Source: Sulfuricurvum sp. (GTDB lineage Bacteria > Campylobacterota > Campylobacteria > Campylobacterales > Sulfurimonadaceae). Taken from it: a DNA stretch of 64,000 nucleotides. Numbering within the stretch: position 1 is the stretch's first letter; the number at the start of each line of letters is the position of its first letter. The translations under genes were made by a program, and so were the position numbers. Of this stretch, positions 35,693-45,143 are shown in pieces. Under the pieces are notes generated by a model, which was not told the origin of the DNA, did not search any database, and saw nothing but the letters and a program-made list of their open reading frames with translations. The stretch spans positions 126,215-190,214 of the forward strand of contig JAGXFL010000001.1 in assembly GCA_024637295.1 (NCBI GenBank). The letters run 5' to 3'.

Positions 35693-36418
35693 ATGTATAA
35701 AATTATCTACATTGTATTACTGCTGTTTACACAAATTGCCAGTGCTAAAGTTTTAAGTGCGACGTATGAAGTCTCTTATGGAATCTTTCAAACGATGGGA
35801 GTTGCACAAACCGAGTTTCAACAAAATGATGATGACACCTATCGGATCTATGTCAGCGCAAAGACAACAGGCATCGCAAAGTTCCTTTCCAGTAATCGAG
35901 TAGAGATATATGAGAGTCGTGGAATTGTCAAAGACGGTAAACTCATCCCTGCTGTTTTTGTGAAAACTCGCCAGACGAATTCCAATAAAAGAGTGAAAAC
36001 CTATACCTTTGATCATGCAAATAAGGTGGTGTCAACACAGACGATAGAGACAAAAAAAGGGCAGTCTCATACGGAAAACGGTCAAAATGACTATTATGCG
36101 CAAGAAGACTTTTTGAGCTTGTTCTTTAATCTTAAAAATTATACAAAACAGTCAAACTATACGTTTTATGCAATTGGCGGGAATAAAAAAGATGGGCGTA
36201 TTGATGCACTATACCCTAAAAACAAAGAGTTAGATAAGATCAAAAAAGCGCTGAATATGGTAGAGGGAACTTTTTTAAAAGTGATTTTAAATGACCGTAT
36301 TTTTGCAAGTCGTAACGGAGAACTACTGATCAATCTAGACGCGGAGGGGTTATGTGAAAAAGCAGTACTCGAGGATGTACTTTTATTTGGAGACATTGTT
36401 GGCAAACGGGTGAAATAA
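35693..36418 (+). CDS. DUF3108-like exported protein
   Basis: Signal peptide, ATYEVSYGIF, AKTTGIAKFLS, YESRG, QEDFLSLFF. Confidence 0.6.
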   Translation: MYKIIYIVLLLFTQIASAKVLSATYEVSYGIFQTMGVAQTEFQQNDDDTYRIYVSAKTTGIAKFLSSNRVEIYESRGIVKDGKLIPAVFVKTRQTNSNKRVKTYTFDHANKVVSTQTIETKKGQSHTENGQNDYYAQEDFLSLFFNLKNYTKQSNYTFYAIGGNKKDGRIDALYPKNKELDKIKKALNMVEGTFLKVILNDRIFASRNGELLINLDAEGLCEKAVLEDVLLFGDIVGKRVK

Positions 36419-36498
36419 AAATTGAAGATTGATTTATAATTATCAGTCATACAATATCTGCAAGAGACTACAATTCGTTCTTTTGTGGAGATTGATGA

Positions 36499-37110
36499 AT
36501 GAATGCACCTGATTTTTTTGATGATGTTACCTCTATAGTGATGCATGATCCTCTAGCAGAGGTACTTGGAGCTGCTAAAAACGGGATGATAGAGTATACC
36601 TATAAGGATGTGGTAAAACTGGCTGGTCATGCGTGTCCGACGGTTGCGGGTGCTTTTTTGATGATGGAAAAAGGACTTCATTCCCTTTATGAAAATGACA
36701 CCCCTGTGCGTGGTGAGATAAAGGTCTTTGTCAAAGGCAACTTGGGAGAGGGTGTGGTAGGGGTCATTGCCAATGTCGCATCAATGATTACTGGGGCAAC
36801 GACCATAGGTGGATTTCATGGTTTGGCCGGTAATTTTGATAGACGGGAGCTATTATTTTATACACCTGACATAAAAACAGATTTAGAACTCGAGCGCACA
36901 GACACCGGTATGCGTGTAGCGGTGAGTTATGATCCCTCTTTTGTCAGCGCTGATGAACGTATGGGGGAGATTCTTTTACGGATTGCATCGGGTAGTGCAG
37001 ATAGCGAAGATAAAAAGCTTTTTGGGATATTGTGGCAAGATCGTGTCAGACGTATTTTAATAGAGTTTAAACATGATCCACGATTAGTAAAATGTGAGGT
37101 GTTAGTATGA
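36499..37110 (+). CDS. FmdE-family metal-binding protein
   Basis: VVKLAGHACPTVAGA, ITGAT, RRELL. Confidence 0.65.
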   Translation: MNAPDFFDDVTSIVMHDPLAEVLGAAKNGMIEYTYKDVVKLAGHACPTVAGAFLMMEKGLHSLYENDTPVRGEIKVFVKGNLGEGVVGVIANVASMITGATTIGGFHGLAGNFDRRELLFYTPDIKTDLELERTDTGMRVAVSYDPSFVSADERMGEILLRIASGSADSEDKKLFGILWQDRVRRILIEFKHDPRLVKCEVLV

Positions 37111-37919
37111 AAACTCCACCTCTTATATACGGTACTGCATGGAAAAAGGAGCGGACAGCGGATCTGGTGGTTCAAGCGGTAATGAGCGGATTTCGCGGAA
37201 TTGACACGGCCTGTCAACCAAAGCACTACAATGAACCCGCAGTGGGTGAAGCGATCGCACGACTTAGTAGTCATGGGATAGCCCGAGAAGATCTCTTTAT
37301 TCAAACTAAATTCACACCGCTGGCGGGGCAAGATCCTCAACGCATACCGTATGATCCCAATGCTGCGTTGGATGTACAAGTCGCACAATCTTTTAAAGCA
37401 TCACAACGTAATTTACAAACACACTATATCGATTCACTTGTCCTGCATTCGCCTCTATTTCCTTACTCGAATTTAAAAACTGTTTGGTCTGCTATGGAAG
37501 AGATCTTTGACAGTGGTACAGCACGCCAGATCGGAATCAGCAACTATTATGATCTGGATATATTAAAACGTTTGCATGCAGATGCCAAGGTCAAGCCATC
37601 CGTCGTGCAAAATCGCTTCTACAGTGATAGTGGTTATGACACGGATATTAGGCAATGGTGTAATGATCAAGGGATCATATATCAAAGTTTCTGGAGTCTG
37701 ACGGCTAACCCGCATATATTGGGGGATAAAATCGTTGTAGATATGGCGCTTAAGTACGGTCGAACACCGGCTCAAATATTCTATCGCTATTTAAGCCATA
37801 TGAACATTGTCCCTTTGATAGGATCGACTTCCCAAGAACATATGCTTCAGGACATGGAAATTTTCGAATTTGAACTTTCTGCGTCGGAAATCGCTAATAT
37901 TACTGAACTTCTAACGTAG
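37107..37919 (+). CDS. Aldo/keto reductase
   Basis: YGTAW, GFRGIDTA...Y, FIQTKF, IDSLVLHSP, IGISN, QNRF, TPAQI. ATGA overlap with the upstream gene. Confidence 0.9.
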   Translation: MKTPPLIYGTAWKKERTADLVVQAVMSGFRGIDTACQPKHYNEPAVGEAIARLSSHGIAREDLFIQTKFTPLAGQDPQRIPYDPNAALDVQVAQSFKASQRNLQTHYIDSLVLHSPLFPYSNLKTVWSAMEEIFDSGTARQIGISNYYDLDILKRLHADAKVKPSVVQNRFYSDSGYDTDIRQWCNDQGIIYQSFWSLTANPHILGDKIVVDMALKYGRTPAQIFYRYLSHMNIVPLIGSTSQEHMLQDMEIFEFELSASEIANITELLT

Positions 37920-38804
37920 TTTCTCAAGTAATGTTACTTGTAAATTGCCGGACTGCTCAAGAGCCTCTTGCGCACGTTTGATAATGGTGGTGATCTCTTC
38001 TCTCTCATTTTGTACGGTCGCTCCCATACGCATACTAATCGCGTTCAAGCGCTCAAATGGCTCTTGACGCATTACAAGCAAGAGCTTTTCGCTAAATGCT
38101 TTTACATCTGCTGACGTATTGGCGAGGTAAGCGAGGAGGAAAATCTTTTTCTCCCAACGCACAAGCATATCGCTTTGGCGTATACTGCTTTTGATACTGG
38201 CTGTAAAATCACGTAAAAATTGTTCTGCCTCAAGATCGGTTGACGTCAATTCAATCATGGTGATACCGATAGATTTTTCATTAAACTCCGCAGCATCATT
38301 AAAACTTTTGGAGGTATGAATAAAGTATTCTTTATCGTAAGCACCGCTTTCTTTATCGATACTGACATCGTTTTCGATCATGATACGTTTGATAAAGTCT
38401 TGCGAAATATCGGTAAAGGTGATGATCTCGTAATCCGCTACACTGTTATCGACATCTACAGAAAACGCATACGGTTCGGTTCGAGAGTTAAACATACTGA
38501 CGATACGGTCATGTTCAGGAAGTGCCATTAGGGCGATTGTCCACTCTTCTGGGCTGTTTGTTTTACCGCTGTGAAAATAGGAATTATGAGGGACAAAACG
38601 GTCATGAAGAGGACCAAACTCACGCAAAAATTCTTTGACCGAGGAGATGCCCGCAAATTGCTGGAATGCTTTATTAAAAAGGATGGGGTTGTTTTGATAC
38701 ATCAAAACAACCAGATCCTTTTGGGTATTGATGGCACACGAAAAAAGTTGACTCCACTGATTATTGTTAATGTCAGAGATCATCTCATCTGTAGAAAGGC
38801 TCAT
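37911..38804 (-). CDS. PAS-like + degenerate GGDEF domain protein
   Basis: DKESGAYDK and SIRQSDMLVRWEKKIFLL, where the GG(D/E)EF position is replaced. Ends IIKRAQEAL. Confidence 0.6.
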   Translation of the reverse strand: MSLSTDEMISDINNNQWSQLFSCAINTQKDLVVLMYQNNPILFNKAFQQFAGISSVKEFLREFGPLHDRFVPHNSYFHSGKTNSPEEWTIALMALPEHDRIVSMFNSRTEPYAFSVDVDNSVADYEIITFTDISQDFIKRIMIENDVSIDKESGAYDKEYFIHTSKSFNDAAEFNEKSIGITMIELTSTDLEAEQFLRDFTASIKSSIRQSDMLVRWEKKIFLLAYLANTSADVKAFSEKLLLVMRQEPFERLNAISMRMGATVQNEREEITTIIKRAQEALEQSGNLQVTLLEKLR

Positions 38805-38833
38805 TTATAGCTCCAAGCACGTGTATGGTGTAA

Positions 38834-39112
38834 TCATAACATATTGCACGCAGAATCTAACACTAATGTCTCTTTTTTGGCTTTTGACATCTTTTTGATG
38901 GCGATTTCCCGTTTTAATGCTTCACTTTTAGTGTTGAATTGCTCATGGTACACCATGACGCAAGGGCGTCTGCTTCGAGTATATTTTGCCCCTTTATCGC
39001 TGCTGTTATGTTCGAGAATACGCCGCTTGATGTCGACCGTTATACCGGTATACAGCGTTGAGTCATTGCATCGTAGAAGATAGAGGGTATAAGGAGTGGG
39101 TATGATGTCCAT
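38834..39112 (-). CDS. Small GIY-YIG nuclease family protein (UPF0213-like)
   Basis: YLLRCNDSTLYTGIT, RILEHN, GAKYTRSRRP, ALKREIAIK. Confidence 0.9.
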   Translation of the reverse strand: MDIIPTPYTLYLLRCNDSTLYTGITVDIKRRILEHNSSDKGAKYTRSRRPCVMVYHEQFNTKSEALKREIAIKKMSKAKKETLVLDSACNML

Positions 39113-39121
39113 AGGTCTGTT

Positions 39122-39496
39122 TTAGGTTGACACAGATGGATGATTTGGTTTCCAATGCATATACAGACTTCTAAGTCTGCTGATCTCTTCTGAAAGGGTA
39201 AAGATAGCGGTAGCATAATCAAATGGTTCGTTTGTCTTTGCATGCTCCTCGATTCTCTGAGCAAGATGGCTAATGGATAAATGATGCAAGGAGGCAGAAC
39301 TGCCTTTAATAGTATGCGAATGTAAGATCAGCTGTTCCGTGTCTTTTTGCAAGAATGCGATTCTTAGTAACTCTATTTGCTGGGATGCGATATCAAAAAA
39401 TGCATCATTAAGTTCAAAAAATATCGCATCAGGGAGTGTAAACATTGTTTTCATCTCTGCAAAACAGTGATCGTAGTAGGAAAGCTCTTTTTTCAT
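39122..39496 (-). CDS. Stand-alone Hpt domain protein
   Basis: HSHTIKGSSASL, HLAQRIE. Confidence 0.8.
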   Translation of the reverse strand: MKKELSYYDHCFAEMKTMFTLPDAIFFELNDAFFDIASQQIELLRIAFLQKDTEQLILHSHTIKGSSASLHHLSISHLAQRIEEHAKTNEPFDYATAIFTLSEEISRLRSLYMHWKPNHPSVST

Positions 39497-39501
39497 CAGT
39501 A

Positions 39502-39963
39502 CTACTGCATCGCTAAATCAGATTTCATTTCGATGAGGTGGTCTTCTAAATCGATATCATCGGTTTCGAGAATGGGCTTAAGTGCATGCAGACTATAGGG
39601 TCTTACACTCTCTTTTGATTCGCTTATGAGTGGATGCCATGATGGCAAGGGGAGATTATGGTGCCGCAAACGATAAGCACAGGTAGGAGGAAGCCAATCA
39701 AACTCGGCAGCTCTACTGACGGTTAGCGCGGTACACCCAGGTACTTTGATGTGACGGTTTTCATAATCACTGCATTGGCTTGCCTTGATGTCATAACAGC
39801 GACAGACGACACGCGTCATCAATACAGGGGCGTTATCATCATCTTCGTCTTGCAGTTTGTGTAAACAGCATAATCCGCATCCATCACACAACGCTTCCCA
39901 CTCATCGTGGGAAAGTTCATGCAGTTGTTTCGTTTCCCAAAAGTGTGTATTATTCTTTTTCAT
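39502..39963 (-). CDS. YcgN family CxxCxxCC protein
   Basis: WEALCDGCGLCCLHKL, CSDYENR, WLPPTCAYR, WHPLIS. Confidence 0.9.
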   Translation of the reverse strand: MKKNNTHFWETKQLHELSHDEWEALCDGCGLCCLHKLQDEDDDNAPVLMTRVVCRCYDIKASQCSDYENRHIKVPGCTALTVSRAAEFDWLPPTCAYRLRHHNLPLPSWHPLISESKESVRPYSLHALKPILETDDIDLEDHLIEMKSDLAMQ

Positions 39964-40060
39964 GATGAAAGTGTATCATGAAGTTGCTTTTTATGCTCGA
40001 TAAATGCTACATTTTTATGACACGTATACATTAAATTTTTTAGATACTGAGGATACTTGC

Positions 40061-40342
40061 ATGAAAGCTTTTATATATATTATGATTTTGGCAGTAGTAG
40101 CCATGTTGTACAAAACATTTTATTGGGATTATCAGAAAAAAGAGATTCCGACTGAAGTGAATACTTCCGTTGAAGCTTCCCAAATAAGTGAGTCAGAACC
40201 TGTTAAAGCAGTGGAAGCGGCAAAAACCAATAGTTCCGATGATGAGAATCGAACAGGATGGCAAAGTAGAGAAGGGATGCCGATTGAAAGACTAGGGGAC
40301 AGTATCGGCGAATCTTTAAAAGATAAAATAAAAGTCAAATAG
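40061..40342 (+). CDS. Small membrane-anchored hypothetical protein
   Basis: GAGGA RBS then MKAFIYIMILAVVAMLY and a polar tail; start reassigned from 40004. Confidence 0.6.
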   Translation: MKAFIYIMILAVVAMLYKTFYWDYQKKEIPTEVNTSVEASQISESEPVKAVEAAKTNSSDDENRTGWQSREGMPIERLGDSIGESLKDKIKVK

Positions 40343-40344
40343 GA

Positions 40345-41223
40345 TTATTTCTCTCTCGAGAGAATGATCCCACTGATAACAATCAAGACGGCTCCCGCTA
40401 TAACGGCAGGGCTGGGAAGAATGTCTCCTAATACAATACCAAACAGTGATGCGAATAAAACCACACTGTAGCTAATAGTACTGATCAAGCCCGCTTTTGC
40501 GTAAAAATAAGCCCGTGTCATAAACAGCTGTCCGTATGCTGCAGCAAGTCCCATCAAACCGATCCACAACCAGTCAGTATCCTGAGGCATTGTAAAAGGG
40601 CTAAGGGCAAAGGCAAAAAGCTGCGAGGTATAAAATTCAGCCACCACCATCAACAAAGCAGGGATGACAACCCCAAAAAACATAAAAGACAAAACAACAG
40701 TACGAGGATCATAGTGGGCTTTGAGACTTCGCACACTGGTATAGGCCAGTGCGGAGAGAAAACCGGTCAATATCCCCATGATATGAAGGTAATTAAAATC
40801 CAAACCGCTTAAAATACCGACGCCTGCAAATCCGATAAAAACAGCAAAAAAAGCATGAACTTTTAGTTTTTCATTCAATAAGAAAAAGGCGAGCAAAGCG
40901 GTAAAAATAGGTTCAGTTTTCGCATATACAATAGCATTGGAGAGGGATGTGATACTGATCGTATAAAAAAATGTCAGCAGCGCTATTGTACCGATGACAC
41001 CGCGAAATATCAAAGTAAGGGGACGACCGCCAGTGTTACGAATGGGTTTACGTAATATCAATGAACCTAAAACCAATAAGCCAATTGCGTTGCGCCAAAA
41101 GGTCACTTCGACAGATCCCATAGCGTGTGAGAGAAGTTTGGCAAACAGCATCGTCAGTGCAAATAAAAAGGATGCCGCAAGCATCAGCAGTATCCCGCGG
41201 CGGGTATCGGTAGCGTTTTGCAT
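40345..41223 (-). CDS. DMT/EamA family transporter
   Basis: About ten TM helices, EVTFWRN, PIFTALLAFFLLNEK, GQLFMTRAY, GAVLIVISG. Confidence 0.9.
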   Translation of the reverse strand: MQNATDTRRGILLMLAASFLFALTMLFAKLLSHAMGSVEVTFWRNAIGLLVLGSLILRKPIRNTGGRPLTLIFRGVIGTIALLTFFYTISITSLSNAIVYAKTEPIFTALLAFFLLNEKLKVHAFFAVFIGFAGVGILSGLDFNYLHIMGILTGFLSALAYTSVRSLKAHYDPRTVVLSFMFFGVVIPALLMVVAEFYTSQLFAFALSPFTMPQDTDWLWIGLMGLAAAYGQLFMTRAYFYAKAGLISTISYSVVLFASLFGIVLGDILPSPAVIAGAVLIVISGIILSREK

Positions 41224-41876
41224 TATTCGAATAATGATTGGTGAACGGGTTGCTTTTTGGGTACAGGTGTTTTTTTGACGATTTTCAAAATATTCAAGTA
41301 GGTTATCAGTATAGCGATATTGGAATGATAGGTCTCTTCATCACGCGCAGCCTTTGCGATGGAGAGTGATCCTTCAATGGATGCGATGATGAAATAGGCA
41401 AGTTGTTGGACATTGACATCAGCGCGGATGATATTGGCATCAATACCTCGTTGTAATGCATCCGTTATTGCTTCGTGCCATCTCTCCATGATGGATACCA
41501 GTAGTGTGGCAAAATCCTCATCTGTACCACTAAGTTCGTGAATAAGATTATTGAGTGGGCATCCGTATCGAATGTCAAAGGGGACATTGTCAATGAGTGT
41601 CACATGGGGAAGTTCTTTTAACAAAGATTCAAAAGTAGCAATAGGATCGTTATGGTTTTGTAACCCGTTTTTCCAAAAACGTTCGATAAATTCTCCTAAG
41701 ATACTTTGAATCGACTCGAGTGCCAGTTCTTTTTTAGAACCGAAATAGTGATACAGTCCCCCTTTGGAAGATCCCGCTCGACTCAAAAGATCATTAAGGT
41801 TACAGGCATGATACCCCTCATGATAGAGGGAAGTAAACATCGTATGGATTAATTGATCGCGTACATTATTTTTCAT
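41223..41876 (-). CDS. TetR/AcrR family regulator
   Basis: EGYHACNLNDLLSRAGSSKGGLYHYFGSKKEL, GCPLNNL. Confidence 0.9.
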   Translation of the reverse strand: MKNNVRDQLIHTMFTSLYHEGYHACNLNDLLSRAGSSKGGLYHYFGSKKELALESIQSILGEFIERFWKNGLQNHNDPIATFESLLKELPHVTLIDNVPFDIRYGCPLNNLIHELSGTDEDFATLLVSIMERWHEAITDALQRGIDANIIRADVNVQQLAYFIIASIEGSLSIAKAARDEETYHSNIAILITYLNILKIVKKTPVPKKQPVHQSLFE

Positions 41877-41988
41877 GGCTATATTCTACATCAGACTGCT
41901 TGGTTTATCAATTAAGTAATTGAAAGTATTAATTTTATTATGATGTGGATGAGGGCACTATATGTTCATTATAGTACAAAGGATTCAT

Positions 41989-42156
41989 ATGAAAAAATAC
42001 GAATGCGATCGATGCGGATACATCTATGATCCACAAAATGGAGATCCTGAAAATGGGATAGCTCCGGGAACAGCCTTTGAAGATTTACCCCAAGATTGGG
42101 AATGTCCCGATTGTGGTGCACCCAAAGAGGAGTTCTCGCAACTCGAAGAAGTCTGA
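41989..42156 (+). CDS. Rubredoxin
   Basis: [15 protein letters not shown]...[28 protein letters not shown]. Confidence 0.95.
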   Translation: MKKYECDRCGYIYDPQNGDPENGIAPGTAFEDLPQDWECPDCGAPKEEFSQLEEV

Positions 42157-42157
42157 G

Positions 42158-42871
42158 ATGAACTATACGATTCATAGAGCCAATGAGCGCGGAATTGCTG
42201 AACACGGCTGGTTGCACAGTCGGTTTAGTTTTAGTTTTTCCGAATATCACAATTGCGATAGGATGGGATTTGGAGTACTGCGCGTCATTAATGATGATGT
42301 TGTCGAACCGCAAAGCGGATTTGGGATGCACCCTCATCGCGATATGGAGATCGTAACCATAGTGCTAAAAGGCTCTATAGAACATACCGATTCGTTAGGT
42401 CATCATGGATTTACGAATGCAGGTGAGATACAGATGATGTCGGCAGGTATGGGGATTGAGCATTCTGAGCGTAACCCGTCTGCGGATGAGCCCTTGGAAT
42501 TATTTCAAATTTGGATTTTCCCTAATGTTCATAATCTCCCCCCACATTATGAACAGAAAGATTTTCGTGATGTTTCGATGTTAGGCGTATGGGGATTGCT
42601 CGTTAGCGGTGATGGACGTGATGGATCGATGAAGATTGCTCAGGATGCAAATATCAAAATGACCCGTTTGAGCGCAGGCATGGAGATTGGATGTGGTGAG
42701 ATTGCCTCCGGATACGGAAGACTTTTGCTGGTGATTGAGGGAGAAGTTCAGATAGGTGAAGCAATACTGTCACGACGGGATGAACTGCAAACTCTGGATA
42801 CAGATAACTTCGTTATTCATGCGCTTATTGAATCACATATCATCCTTTTTGAAGTACCGATGACGCGATAA
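42158..42871 (+). CDS. Pirin family protein
   Basis: GWLHSRFSFSF, LRVINDD, GFGMHPHRDMEI, QMMSAGMGIEHSE, FQIWI. Start MNYTI at 42158. Confidence 0.92.
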   Translation: MNYTIHRANERGIAEHGWLHSRFSFSFSEYHNCDRMGFGVLRVINDDVVEPQSGFGMHPHRDMEIVTIVLKGSIEHTDSLGHHGFTNAGEIQMMSAGMGIEHSERNPSADEPLELFQIWIFPNVHNLPPHYEQKDFRDVSMLGVWGLLVSGDGRDGSMKIAQDANIKMTRLSAGMEIGCGEIASGYGRLLLVIEGEVQIGEAILSRRDELQTLDTDNFVIHALIESHIILFEVPMTR

Positions 42872-42877
42872 AAAATC

Positions 42878-43765
42878 TTACAAAAAACTCTGCATCGCAT
42901 AGGAAATCATCGGAAGGGTGATCAAGCAGATCATAATCCCGTATCCCACCATCGCCGCACTCAAAGCAGGGGCAAATCCAGAAGCGATTGCCAATGCTCC
43001 CGCCGTAATCATAGAGGGCATCCCTGATTCCAAAACAGAGACCTGCATAGCGATGGGATCGACTCCCAGTTTAAACAAAATTCCAAATGCGATGAGCGGC
43101 ATCACGATGAGTTTGAGCACCAATGCTTTTGAGAGGAGAGGATAATCGATCTCTCCGCTAAAACGCAGTGAATAGCCCACAGAGACCAATGCTAAGGGAA
43201 CAAGGGTCGCAGCGAGTATTTCCAAATACGGAGAAATGGATACAGGCATCTTTCCAAAAAACAGAGCAAACAGGAGGAAAAAAAACGGTGGGAACATAAA
43301 CAGCTTTTTGAGAATAAGACGTTTGTGTATCTTGCCGATCTCATAATACGAGATGACAGCGCTTCCATACAACGCCAGCATTAAAAAGGTTCCGAATTGA
43401 TCGTACATAAGAACATAGCCTATGGCATCTGCTCCAAGGAGCGTCTTGATGATGGGTATTCCCACAAACGACGTATTGCCTAAAGGGATGACAAGAAGCA
43501 GAGCCGCTCTCACATCTGTAGCATAATTTTTGGTCATTAAAATAACGAGGTAGAACATAATGGGCAGTAAGAGCCATGGGATGAGAATGGTAGAGAGTGC
43601 AGACATATTTAAGGCGATTTTGGGCACTTGAATCAAAACCGTTGCAGGAAGAGAAACATAGATGACAAAAAAATTGAGGCTTTTGGAAAAATCAGCAGGA
43701 GCATCCGCTTTTTGAAGCACCATCCCTATCAATAGCAGTGCGATGATAAAAATAAATTGTTCCAT
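42878..43765 (-). CDS. AEC family (auxin efflux carrier-like) transporter
   Basis: FVIYVSLPA, GNTSFVGIP, YDQFG, VPLALVSVG, LESGMPS. Confidence 0.85.
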   Translation of the reverse strand: MEQFIFIIALLLIGMVLQKADAPADFSKSLNFFVIYVSLPATVLIQVPKIALNMSALSTILIPWLLLPIMFYLVILMTKNYATDVRAALLLVIPLGNTSFVGIPIIKTLLGADAIGYVLMYDQFGTFLMLALYGSAVISYYEIGKIHKRLILKKLFMFPPFFFLLFALFFGKMPVSISPYLEILAATLVPLALVSVGYSLRFSGEIDYPLLSKALVLKLIVMPLIAFGILFKLGVDPIAMQVSVLESGMPSMITAGALAIASGFAPALSAAMVGYGIMICLITLPMISYAMQSFL

Positions 43766-43837
43766 ATCCTCTCCCTATTTTGATTGTGCGCAATGGTAAT
43801 CATAGTATACTTTGGAGAGTTTTAAAGGGAGAAATAG

Positions 43838-43925
43838 ATGCGAAAATTTTTACTTACGATCTGTTTTTAGTATCGTTGATCATAGGGACAGACAGGCCAA
43901 TGATTTGGTGCATACGCTTGATTTG
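43838..43925 (+). pseudogene. Possible frameshifted remnant of a secreted-protein N-terminus
   Basis: AAAGGGAG RBS, then MRKFLLTICF* . A single-base insertion would give MRKFLLTILFLVSLIIG, a signal-peptide-like start. Confidence 0.25.
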
Positions 43926-44006
43926 AATGACAAATATATAAACTCGTATAAAGTTTTTTATTGTGATATAATTGTTACAATTATATTACAAGTGGCGGGG
44001 TTGTAG

Positions 44007-45137
44007 ATGTCAGAAAAAGAGTATTTGCATCGAAGTGATTTTGCGATAACGATTATCGACCGCTTGAAAAGTATGGTCGCTGTCATCGATGTTGTGAGTT
44101 TTGAGTTGCAAGATTTAAACAAGTATGCGCTTGATTTTTACCAAAAGCGAAATTTTGCCCATTTCAAAGAAGAGTTCAACTGTATTTGCGATACATTTGA
44201 ATATTCACCCTCACAGGAATACATCACTAACGCAGATATCGGCAGTAAATGGGTCTTGAAGATTTTGGATGAGACTGCAATCTTTAAAGCACTTGTACGG
44301 GGAAAAGTGTTTCGTGTTCAGGGCTATATGATCGATGAACGCAATGCGATTGTTACTCTGGATGATATAACACAAATTGAGCAGCAAACGAAGCTTCTCG
44401 AAGCGTATAATGATTTGATCGATCATACCGCACTGGTTAGCAAAAGTGACAGTAATGGTTTTTTAATCTATGCTAATCCTGCATTTTGTACGATAATGGA
44501 ATATACGCAAGATGAATTAATAGGGCGCTCTTTTGAGATGTTAATAGCACCTACGGCCAAGCAAGATACACTTTTGGATATTCAACACCATCTGCAAACG
44601 CTCCAAGTATGGCATGGGATACTTGAAAATAAGACTAAAAGTGAAAAGAGCCTCTTTCTTCAAACAACAATAACTCCTATCCTCTCCAAGGGTAAGAATG
44701 GACAAGAATTCTTGGTTATTTATGATGATATAACCAATTTACATAACGAACAGCTGGATGAACTTTACGATGGCATTGAAAAAGCCTTGGATATTAATTT
44801 TAAAATCATTGTAGATTCGATTCCTATACCATCGGTCATTGTCGATAGAGAATCACGTTTGGTATCTTCTAATGCTTCATTTAATGAACTCTTTTGTAGT
44901 TTTAATTGCTCGTTAGAGTACATTCATGAGCTTTTTATCAATGAACACGGTTTTGTGTGTGTCGATCCTATTTTTGATTGGAAAGATATAGCGATTGATC
45001 TGTCGCTAAGCGATATCCCTCGTGTATTAATTGATCTTAACGGCGTGCGAACGACTTATAACCTTTTTATTCAACGGTATGAGGGTAGTGATTATTATGT
45101 ACTTTGTTTTGTACCTACATGTGCAAGCGGAATATAA
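44007..45137 (+). CDS. PAS-domain protein with no recognisable output domain
   Basis: Central PAS LVSKSDSNGFLIYANPAFC...WHGILENKTK, flanked by degenerate PAS-like segments. Confidence 0.7.
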   Translation: MSEKEYLHRSDFAITIIDRLKSMVAVIDVVSFELQDLNKYALDFYQKRNFAHFKEEFNCICDTFEYSPSQEYITNADIGSKWVLKILDETAIFKALVRGKVFRVQGYMIDERNAIVTLDDITQIEQQTKLLEAYNDLIDHTALVSKSDSNGFLIYANPAFCTIMEYTQDELIGRSFEMLIAPTAKQDTLLDIQHHLQTLQVWHGILENKTKSEKSLFLQTTITPILSKGKNGQEFLVIYDDITNLHNEQLDELYDGIEKALDINFKIIVDSIPIPSVIVDRESRLVSSNASFNELFCSFNCSLEYIHELFINEHGFVCVDPIFDWKDIAIDLSLSDIPRVLIDLNGVRTTYNLFIQRYEGSDYYVLCFVPTCASGI

Positions 45138-45143
45138 AACTTA

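Noticed and set aside
41223-41250. C-terminal QSLF of the TetR as a beta-clamp-binding motif
   Set aside because: It does not fit the QL[S/D]LF spacing and has no functional context.
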